NCBI GenBank assembly: GCA_015680685.1
Contig: MNCI01002242.1
Coordinates: 275,042 to 339,041, forward strand
DNA: 64,000 nt
Origin: Gnetum montanum
Taxonomy: Eukaryota > Plantae > Gnetophyta
Direction of reading: 5' to 3'
Numbering within the stretch: the first letter of the stretch is position 1; each line of letters begins with the position of its first letter. The notes under the pieces were generated by a model. The model was not told the DNA's origin, made no database searches, and saw nothing but the letters and a program-made list of their open reading frames with translations. This document shows positions 53,480 to 64,000 of this stretch, piece by piece. The position numbers and the translations under genes were made by a program.

Positions 53480-55900
53480 GATTTTTGTGAACTATTGGTT
53501 CTACAGAAAGCTCTCTTCTTAGGCTTTTTCTTAGAGCCACTTATATGGATATCCTACTGTAAATTAACTACCTTCATGGCATTTCTTTGTTGTAGCTATG
53601 GTGAAATTTCTTCCTCCATAGATGGAGCAAGCAGCAAAAGAGTGGTGTTAGATGGTGTAGAATTAGGTGATCAATATGAAGAAGGATAAGTGGAAGGAGA
53701 CTTGTTTCTTGGAGTAGGCATTTGGTAATATTCAAGAGGGTAATAATGATGTAAGAAAGGAGTGTGGCTCATAGAGCCATGAGGAGATACAGGTTGCTAG
53801 ACATAATATCCATAGGGATCTAGCTAGTGGTAAAGATATTACTATCTTGAGGGTGCCATTCACCATGACTATGAATTTCACCACTGCTGATTTTGCTCCT
53901 AAGGTTAAGGTGATGTTCCACTTGGATAATACTACATTTGATGAAACTAGTACCTATAATTGCCTTATGGATAAGGCAATATTCTAGGTGGATACCTTTT
54001 ATAAATTTCATAATTAAGTCATACCCTAGATTCTTGTAGATGCTACAACACTAGACAACATCCTTTGCGATGTTCATATTGGCAAATATCACATTTGTCA
54101 TTATCTATTTTTTAATCTACAACCTTATCAACCATTGAAACCTTACCTTTTTTGTTGATCATAACCCCTTTTTATATCTTTCCTTCCCCTTCTGTCTCAT
54201 CCACTACTCCCCCATAATTTTAAGAGCAGTTTAAAACTTTTCATCTAAAGAGTTCCACATTTTATCCATCTTAGCCAATATTTTAGTAGTAGATTTTTGT
54301 ATTGGCAAGGTTTTTCTTTGCACCATTATATCTAGTGGTGCTTCCTCCTCTGAATCATAGAACTGTACCTTCCTCTTGTGGATGGAGGAGTTCCTCTTAT
54401 ATTCCTCTACACTTTCACATTTTTTCAACTCTCCTTCTTTCTTTACCACCTACTCGATCAACCTTTGGATCTAATGGGCTTGCATTTTAGAAGGTATCCC
54501 TTTAGCATAGACCCCAAGAGCTTCCCATGTTTTATTTCAAAGCCTATCTATGATGTTAAAAAGTTGCTTCCTTTGAGAGAATCCATGGCTTGGGTATCGG
54601 TGCAAGATAAAGTAGTACCTACCTAAAGCTACATCCAAGGACTCATGATTTCCTTTCTTCCATTCCTAGATCTATTTCCTCAAATTAGACACTCTAGAGT
54701 ATGTCTTGTACTTGTCATTAAATAATTCCAACATTATACTCCATATTCGAATGGATTCTAGCTCCAAAGATTGGTACCAACTTTATGCTTCTTTGATAAG
54801 TATCCTCTAGAACTATTTCAACTTATACTACTCATTTTCAATGTTTTGTAAAATGCAAACATCATGAAAAGCTTGTATATGATGCTAGGGATCTACAATA
54901 TATCCCCCCTCAAATTTGGAAATATTATTCATATCTAGCCTTTTAATCCTACTATCCTTTTGATGCTTGGTAGGGACTCTAACTACTTCTAAAACATTCA
55001 ACATGTTTATAGTGGCCAACAATGGTTCATCATCATCATCATGCCCATGGTGATCCTTATTATGACCATGCCTCCTATGGTGAGTTCTATTATGTCTTCT
55101 TTATTGGTGATGCTTTTATTCCTCTCTATGTTAACTTCCATCCTAGCTCCTATTATCATGTTGGAACCTCCTATCATCTCCATCTTAATCTTGATCACCC
55201 TAGTCTATGTCTCTATCATAGATCCTCTTATAAAAATTTGATGATGATGAGGATGGTGAAGGTGGAGGACTTGGAGAATGGTGCATTCTAGTCCTTCTCT
55301 CTTGGTTCTTGTCTTGAGCCTTCTCCTTAGCTTTATCCTTCTCTTTATCATGCTTCTTATCCTTGGATGAACAACTAGGAGACTTCTCTTTTGAGGTTCT
55401 TTAACCTTTTTACCACATCTTTCCTTCACCAACATTCTCCAAGTTTGACTATAATCATTGGTAAAAGGCATCATCCTCAAAGAAAGGAGGAGAATCTGTG
55501 TATTGAGAGTGTCTATAAAAGAGATCCTTGCCCTCTTTATGCAACTGTACAAATAATGGTGGTGGGAGTCATTTACCTTTAAAAGCTTCATAGAGAACCT
55601 CCATGCATTTGTCTTTCTAAAGCTACAATTCTGTAGGCTAATAGTCCCTAGAGATTTGATCTATCATTTCATACTTTGGCCTTGCTATTTCAATGCACAG
55701 TCTCATGAGTTAGGTCATGAGCATGAAGGAAATTGATCAATTAGGGGATAACACAATGCTACCATCCATATCCCTCTAGTATAACTACTCATCCTAGTGG
55801 ACAATGAAAGTGAGGTCTAAATAATAGGGATCAAGATGAGCACGGATGAATTTTAGCTCCTATGGCTTCTCACTGAGAGTCCTCTACATTCTTTCCTATT
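53480..55900 (-). pseudogene. gag: Athila gag remnant
   Basis: IPNLRG..VDPS.HIQ-like segment, W.QSLELESI..W..ML.LF.DKY; homologous to the other gag copies in the window. Confidence 0.75.
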
Positions 55901-56114
55901 GTTGATTAGATTTGTCCCCATGTAATGGAGATTCATTCTTGTGATTAGAGGTCATTTTAGTAATGTGTCTTAAGTGTGCCTTGAGATAATTTTGGTATTA
56001 TTATTATTATGAGTTATCTCTCGTTGCGTTTTCCTTACAATTATTTTATAAAAGTTCATTAGTTAATTATATTTAGCACACTTAGCTAAACTAAATCCCC
56101 AACAATTATGCCAA

Positions 56115-57001
56115 TGATGAGTGGTAGGTATCCCCTACGTCCAACCATACGAATCACAATCTAGTTGAATTCTGTAGACTTAGTTACTTAATTGGCAAAT
56201 ATTTCTAATAGTGAATGATGGAGTTTTAAATCATTGTCTTCTTAATCCAAACTTGTGTCTAGCCATATGTATGGTTAAGTATGGTTAACACATAAGATAT
56301 GTATTTTTATAATTATTTTATTATTTATCTCCTAATAGCTAGATGATCAAATATGGATATATAATAATTGAATTAACTAACTAATTAGCTATTTCATTAA
56401 CTAACTATCCTAACATGGATTATCCATTCCCATTTATCGTACACATCCTGAACAGATATTTACACCACTAGGTTATCAAGTATTTACTACTAGGCATCTC
56501 AAGTATCCACTACTAGGATTTAAAAGCATTAATAAGTTATGCTCAAAATAATTGTACTCACATTGCTTATGAATAATCATATTAATTACTTAATCAAGAA
56601 TAATAATGGAAATTGCATCTAAAGTTAAGTGTGAAAAGTAAGATTAAACTAGTCTAAGTGCTGCAATGGATGTAGGAAATCTCAATTTTATTGTTGTTCA
56701 TGCTAATACATTCAAGTGCATAAGCACTTGACTAAAAGGCATACAATATCTTAGATCCTCATTGTGGCCACTCAAAAGGAAACATTCTAATTCTAAAATG
56801 AAGAAACTACAAGAATTTGGCTAACTCTATGACTAAAAGTTGTCATAAATGCTAGGGGTGCATACATTTATATAGGTAATGACTACATCAACATTGGTCT
56901 ATCTACATCAACGCATCCTAGAATGTGTCAACTGGGATACATCAATGAGGTTACATCAACGGACATGTTTTGATACAACCTATCTTATTAATGTTTCATC
57001 A
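56115..57001 (-). repeat. Athila 5' LTR
   Basis: Plus TGATGAGTGG...TTTCATCA, adjacent to the PBS. Confidence 0.9.
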
Positions 57002-60000
57002 AAAAGTTTCAACAAAGTATTAGTCCTTAGAGATAATGAATTTTCAAAATCCCATTTTATTTACACAAAGTTATGAAATTCACAATTTATATTTTCTACA
57101 TTCTCCACTATTGTCAAATCTTTAAACCTATAATACTCACTATTGTTATCTGTGTTTTTAAATTCAACATAAAGTAAAAACTCTCATCTAACTATTTTAC
57201 ACATGAGAGACTAAAGGACAGGTAGTTGGATCCAACATCTAGATGAAGTATAAAACATCAACATTCTTGTCAAAGCATTAAAAGATATTTAGCAAAAGGA
57301 AAACATGTAGTGGTCTCAACATATGCACCTCATATTGTTGATCAACTATATAAAAGAAGGATTATGTTGCCTTCATGGTTTGATATTCTACTTACAAAGA
57401 TTAATTTAGAAGGAGGTTGAATTGCTTCTTATGTCTACTTTTTTTTTTCTTTCTTTCTTTGTTTCTTTCTTTTGAATACTAACCACAATCTTCTTTCTTG
57501 TTACTCATAAGTTTTTTTATTTTATTTTTGGGGTACATTTATTGCTCCTACCATATAATTTCTTTTGATATATGATATCATGTCTATATTATTCTTATTT
57601 AAATATCCTTCTATTTAATTAACACTGGTCTTCCCTATGACTATTATTTCTTCTCTTTCAAAATCTATGTTCCTCTTCTTTCTTTTTAAACTATTAAAAT
57701 CCATGTTAAAATTAGTTGATTGTTATAATAGATTATTTCATGGAAAAAATGTTTCTATTATTATTTTTATTTACACCTTTTCATAACAACTCATGGATTC
57801 AACTATTTTCTTGATCACCATTATTTATAAACAAAAAATTTGTTCCAACAACTTCTATGTTCCATAGCAATAGTTGTCGCATGCAAAATTCTACATTTTT
57901 CAACTAGCCATATCTCAAGGTCAACCCCTCATGATCTATTATATTAGATAATTGACAACTAAAAACAATCTAAGTTGATTATCATCTCTATCCATTTCAT
58001 GGAAACAATTCTTATTATTATTACAATATAAACATGGATAATAATCGTAATTCATGGATGAGGTTCCTCCAACTAGAAAAATAAGTCAACTTTTTCAGCA
58101 ATGACTATTTTAAATTTTCAACTATAGTCAGTTACATTGTAGTGTACTTGTCTTACTATATATTACCTTTCTATGTATGACATTTTCTAGTCACTCATGT
58201 CGAACTTGAATAGAAAAAATATTTATTTTTCAATGAATAAATTTTTCCAATCATATCTAGCCTGTAGTTCCAAATGGAATTTGAATTTAACAAGCATTTA
58301 GACGCTTATTTATGGTATAATTGTTTACAAGAAAATTAGCTAGCCTTTAAAATTTCTATATGTTTAAATTAATTGCTTCTAACACAACCCATTATGTATA
58401 GGCCATTACATATGCATTGAAACTAAACATCATAACAAGGCTCATGCATACAAAGATACATTGTTATAATCATTAATGATGAAACAAAATAAGAAGTTCT
58501 ATCTTACACCAAGATGATGGTTATCATGATCAAAAGGTATATAATGTATTCATAATATTTGATTCTAACTATGTGAGGCACTGGAGTTAATTAGATTGAC
58601 AATTATTGAGTCACCATTTCATTCATGAATATATCCAAAGTCCAAACAACATCTAGAAAAACAAGTCACAGATGACATGTGATTTTCAAATGGTTAGGCT
58701 ACTTGATTTTCCTATGTATATCCACCCCTAAAAATATCTTTTAAACCTCATGAGATAAGCGATTCAAATAACTTAACAAAATAATTAACATGAAATTTAC
58801 AAGGCTTTTATATTTTACATATTTTACAACACCATGCACTTGAATAAATTATAATTTGCTTGCTTGCAAATCTTAGTATGAAAAACAAGTTAAACATTAA
58901 ATCATGCCACTTATTCCTAAAGTAACCCAAGCATTTAGGTTGCCAACCAAGAAAATAGTGCTTAACCCAAAGAAAATAATACATTGTTTATATGGATAGG
59001 TGAAAGTAAATATACATCGTGCTGATATTGTGATTGATTCCACTAAATAAGTGTATAACGGTAGGAGGTCTAGATAAGAAGTCAACTAAACAATCCACTA
59101 CATTCTTTATCTCAAAAATTAAGTATCTTAAGATATGTTCTTTAAATTACAAGCAATGTTGTACTTGTTTTTTAGGTCTCAAACATGTAGGACTATATGG
59201 ACAAAAATTAATGAAACATCACCTAATGAATATACCCATTTCTAGAACAGTAAATTCACTCTAAAAGAACTTACCTCATTCAAAAAAAATAAAATATTGT
59301 GTTGGCTAAAAAATTCAACATAAAAAATGAAGAGTATATTTCAAAATATAGACACTAATTTCTCTAGACATAATTTATTTTAATATGCCTGAATCATGGT
59401 TTGCTTAGATTTAGAGACATCAATAATACTATTTTGATAATTATACAAGTATCTATAGATATTCCAGTAAATATAATCAGCATTAATTAAAGATTCATCA
59501 AACAATGCATTTTCTAATTTATATAATGTTGCATCATAACTTACATAAGCAAATCAATTTCAAAAACAAGGAATGCCATATTCGATAGAAACATCAACCT
59601 TATTGTCTAGTATAGACTATTTAGGATAATGAAAATCTATTAGTCCAAGCAACAAACAAGTTTGAATGCTACACATGGGAAGCATATATTTATTCAACTT
59701 TTATATAGAACATGTATTTTCCCATTATCACTAATAATTAACATGATATTTGTATACACAAGCCACAGACAAACTCTACATTAATGCAACAATAATGATC
59801 TAGGCTTCTACTATTTTACAAAAAAACTCAACAATAATACACCTAACCCCACAGTAGATTCCATCATTTCAAACATGAACGTAACTCTCATTCTATTTTC
59901 AAGAAATGGTAGGAATCACCAAAATGGAAACCATTTCACCATCCCAGTAGCAAAGAAGAAGTAGCTATGCTTGCATTAACTATTAGGGCTTCATAAAGAG

Positions 60001-61166
60001 AAATAATTGTTAATGGCAAACTATTTAACTAGTAAGATTGAATAACATGTAAACCAATCAAAGAAGTTTAAATGACAAACAAAATATGCATGCTTGTTGA
60101 TATGTAGGTAGCATGTGAACTACTAGGAAGGCTGTAACTAAAGGACTTCTGAACAACAAGCATAGGAAAACATTATTCACTACTCCATGCAGCTTCATTG
60201 TAATAGTGTTTCTTCTAGGTGAAAAATATTCATACCAAACCATCGTAAATGATCTTTATTTCCTAGGATGAGCACAAATCATACTACATAATAAATGTCA
60301 ACTAATACCTAAATCGATCTCTAATCAATGACATAACCAATATAATTATTCATGATGCATCATGAATGATCATTTCCAAAGTATCAATCCCTTAGGCTAC
60401 TTACTTCAAGCTTTTTGTTGCCTAGGGCTATTGATCCTCCTTGAAGGTGTTGAATATTGTATGGTCCACTATAGAGAGATTCCTTAAGCCAAGTGAAGCA
60501 CTAAAGAGAAACAAATTTGTAAGGTCATAACTTTAACGAAAGTATAACTTGTCTCCTTAATGTAGATTTCTTGTAATATTACTCCTCATAGGTGGAAAAG
60601 TTTCATATTAAAGCACTGCAAAGAGCATCTATTTTTCTAGTGCTACATATAACAAACTCGAAAACTAACATTCCTAAAAATCAAAATCATTTCTTACTTA
60701 GATAAATACCTTACGTAAAAAACTCATCATGCTACTAAAGGGCCAGTTCTTACAAATGTATGAATGAAGCTCATTATTGCCTCATGTTCATGGACCTACT
60801 TATAGGTATCAATCATAGAAAACAATACTATAAAGCTAGTTCAAATTCTAAATGCCACTCCAACTTTCTCCTTGATAAGTATGGAATAGAAGTCAAACTA
60901 CAACTTTCTAAAATCATAACCAATAGTGTCATAGTATCTTAGTGGTAGATACATAATCAAGTAGAATGGTATCATCATTTGTTGTAGTAAGTGTGTATAT
61001 ATGAAAAATAGCATATAAATGCTTATGTATACCAACATAAAATGCTTGATATTTGAGACAAAAGATGACTAGCTTACTCAAAAATGGCAAGATTAGAGAA
61101 ACCTAGTTCCTAGTCAATGAAGCCACCATTTAATAGTACTCGTCATTGATAAAAAAAATTCACTTC

Positions 61167-62212
61167 TGATGGGACGCAATATTACAGCTGTCGTGATATC
61201 ACATCCCTCGCCATATCACATCTTTACCTGCGATATCGCGGTGCGCCGTCATATCTATAAATAAGAGGTGGCTCTCCCTTGTTTCCTCATCCTAGGCTAG
61301 ACAGTAGGGAAACTTTGATAGATTGATCACTTCAGAGATAGAATATTTTCCATGTGCCCGTAGTAGGAGTCCCAAAGTGAACAGATATTTATTCAAGCAA
61401 ACATTGTACCTGAACACAAGTTTGTGTACGGCAATAAAGACGAGCTTTCCATATAAACCTTGCAGTGCATGGAATAGGATTTTATTATTGTTATTTATTA
61501 CTTGTTATTTATTATTTGTTATTTACTGCTTTCTCTCTCAACCCTTCTCTCCTAGTTAAGTGCCTCAGTACGACCGCTTCGAGCACGTGCGTTACGCGTG
61601 GTGATCCCAGCAACAACTAGCGTTTGGTAGCCACGGTTGCATCGGTTCAGGGTGTGTATGGTAAGTGGGAATGGATGCTGACACTAGGTAATTTAGACTT
61701 AATTCATTAGTTAGAGTTAGTAATTAGTTTCTCAACCCTTTACCTTGTTAGCATAGGAGACAAAAACATAAAAAACTATAAAAATCATATACCTCGGACT
61801 TACTTAACCATACACCGTGACAACTACAAGTCTGGGAAGACAACGAATGATTAACCCTAAGTGTTCCATGGGCGTGTAGGCACTTAGTCTACAGAATTCG
61901 ACCGGAATGCGCATGCTACGCTTGTATTCGTACGGTTGAGTGTAGGGGTATCTCGCCACTCATCATTGGCACCGTTGCTAGGGACTAAGTGTTTGTTTGC
62001 TGAATAGAACATAGGATATCACTCACATCGTTGGAAGCCTAAATGAACCTTCAGGTTAATTAAAAGAAAAATCTATATAACGGTAATTAGCACACCGATA
62101 AATAACAATGTCTTCTTCTAACAAAAGCAACTCACCACCTAGGGATAATACAAAGAATAGTCGGCAATCAAAAACACATAACCTAAATCCGCCAAGTCCT
62201 CAACAATATAGG
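61167..62212 (+). mobile_element. Athila 5' LTR (61167-61965), PBS and gag start, interrupted
   Basis: TGATGGGACG...CACTCATCA; PBS TGGCACCGTTGCTAGGGA 61967-61984; gag ATG at 62108 (MSSSNKSNSPPRDNT). Confidence 0.9.
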
Positions 62213-63000
62213 TGTTGGCACATTTGGCCATTCCATGGAACAATTGAAATATTTTATGCAAAATTGGAGGAATCTATGGTTGTAAATTTACAAGTAAATT
62301 ACAGCTTTAGTGTTGAGGGTTGACGGGTGTTTTTAAGATTGATTCACTGGTAAAGAATTTGATGTTAAAGCCTTTTGGGTACAAGATGAAAGTGCCAGAT
62401 TATTCCTTTGTTAAAGATCAGAGGATAGTTGATGAGACCTGAATTGCTCATAGTGCTGGCAGCCGCGTAAGGCACCCACGATAAGGCACCCATGTTAAGG
62501 CACCCACGTTGTATCATGGGTCGCGATGTATCATGGGCCGTGATATCGCGTATGCGATATCGCGTACACGATATCGCAGTCAGCCGCAATTTCTATAAAT
62601 AAGAGGTGGCTCTCCCTCATTTCACATCCCAGTTTTAGTGTAGCGAAGCTCTGGTAGTTTGATCCCTCCAGAGTTAGAATTTTTCCCGTGTCTGCCCGCA
62701 GTGTGGTGAATGTGATTGTACGGTGTCTTTATTCGAGTGTGCCGTACTTGGACACGCACATGACCAGCAATAAAGATCGAGATTACTTCATCATTGCAGC
62801 ATTCACTTAGTTTATTTATTGTTATTTATTTAATGTTATTTATTGCTTTCATAGCGCGGTGTGAGTACGACTTAACTACGAGCATCTACGGGTGTGTACG
62901 GCTAGTTAAGGAATCGGTTACTCATCGCGATTAGTTTCTCACCCTTAAACTCCTAGAAGCGGAACGAGTACGACTTGATTACGAGCATTTAAGTGTGACT

Positions 63001-63120
63001 GCTTGGTAGCCCAGTGGTGTAGCTAGGGGGATCTACGCTTGGTAACCCAGTGGCGTATTTGGGGTCTGCGCTTGGTAATCCCAGTGGCGTACCTAGGCCT
63101 ATGCTTGGTAGTCCCAGTGG
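63001..63120 (+). repeat. Four-copy GCTTGGTA..CCCAGTGG repeat in LTR
   Basis: Copies at 63001, 63037, 63070 and 63103. Confidence 0.85.
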
Positions 63121-63468
63121 CAGTCGTGCACGAAGTCCAAGATGTGTACGGTTGATCAAGGAATCGGTTGCTCGTCGCACTTAGGCTAGATTAGATTCTC
63201 TTACCCTTTTCCTCTTAGCTTAAATTTAGTTAATATTATTTTCCACTGCCGTCAGGAGTAGCATTAGAATTAGAACACATCATACACCTCATCTAGACTA
63301 AACCATACGTGACATATGCAAAACTAGTCTAGATGGGAAGACAGCGAACTGCGACCTAAGGCTAACTATCTAGGTGCCACAACTAGTCCATCTGCGGAGT
63401 TCGACCGGATCGTGCGTGCGACGCTCGTTTCGTATGGTTGAGTGTAGGGGTACCTCGCCACTCATCAT

Positions 63469-63487
63469 TGGCGCCGTTGCCGGGGAT
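63469..63487 (+). other. Primer-binding site, tRNA-Asp (Athila hallmark)
   Basis: TGGCGCCGTTGCCGGGGAT, complementary to the 3' end of plant cytosolic tRNA-Asp. Confidence 0.95.
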
Positions 63488-63598
63488 GGTGCTAGTTATC
63501 TAGATTAGTTATATCATACCAGGTCGTTGTAAAGGACTTAACAATATATCTTTCAAAAAATAATAATTATTAAAAAGTCACATAAATTCACACCCAAC

Positions 63599-64000
63599 AT
63601 GCCTCTCCTACAAGATGACAATAACGCCCCACTTGGTGAGGAAGTTCATTGGGGAACCGATGAAGTATATGATAGTGAATATTGGAGTGCGCAACCTTAT
63701 GCAGGAGTCTCCTATGTTGATGAACACCCCAACGATACTCAAAGACTCTCGTCATCCAACTCTGACATCTCTAATGAGGATGAGACATCACATAGAACGA
63801 GAAGGCCCAAAAGGCTTAGGACCTTCTCAATAACTAACAAGAACTTACTTGGGGATGATTTGAAGACTTACAAAAGTCATAACAAATTTTACAGTTCCTT
63901 CTCTTCCTCTACTCCCGATTGTTAAATTCGGGACACGAATGACGATCTTTCAAGGGATCGGCGTAGAACTAAAAATCGAGCTCACAAAGAAAATCAAGAA
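63599..64000 (+). pseudogene. Probable gag N-terminal region (frame interrupted)
   Basis: Lies ~110 bp after the PBS; low-complexity Ser/Arg/Asp region resembling the gag N-termini of related copies. Confidence 0.5.

Larger units (their letters stand above)
44147..57001 (-). mobile_element. Near full-length decayed Athila element (gag-PR-RT-RH-INT + env-like ORF)
   Basis: 5' LTR 56115-57001 and U5-truncated 3' LTR ~44147-44684 are collinear; decayed Asp PBS 56095-56113. Confidence 0.9.
62430..64000 (+). mobile_element. Young Athila element: 5' LTR 62430-63467, PBS, gag start; runs off the right edge
   Basis: TGATGAG...CTCATCA, CpG-rich, perfect PBS; predicted TSD ATAGT. Confidence 0.92.

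Noticed and set aside
63001-63120. Regularly spaced repeats resembling a CRISPR array
   Set aside because: The spacers are short and related to each other, the array is inside a plant LTR, and there are no cas genes.

Overview
Plant nuclear DNA, apparently gene-poor heterochromatin. It is AT-rich and strongly depleted of CG/CHG except in the youngest inserts. It consists almost entirely of nested, decayed LTR retrotransposons: several Athila-type Ty3/gypsy elements (TGATGAG...CTCATCA LTRs, tRNA-Asp PBS), a Tekay/Del chromovirus, two Tat-like elements (one with an extra RNase H between protease and RT), a Sirevirus-type copia 3' end, and three solo LTRs with perfect 5-bp TSDs. No intact host gene was recognised. 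The main finding is a ~6-kb LTR element at 8854-14826 (minus) with an LTR pair, Met PBS and PPT but no recognisable gag/pol. It carries a frameshift-free ~400-codon CCR4/nocturnin-type (EEP) deadenylase reading frame and a UDP-glycosyltransferase 5' fragment, and two TSD-flanked solo LTRs of the same family lie nearby. A second finding is a multi-intron gene (20444-23640) lying antisense behind a Tat-like gag-protease region, with an architecture resembling the unspliced env-like ORF of the Athila element at 45-47.7 kb. All assignments come from manual translation and motif recognition; no searches were run.
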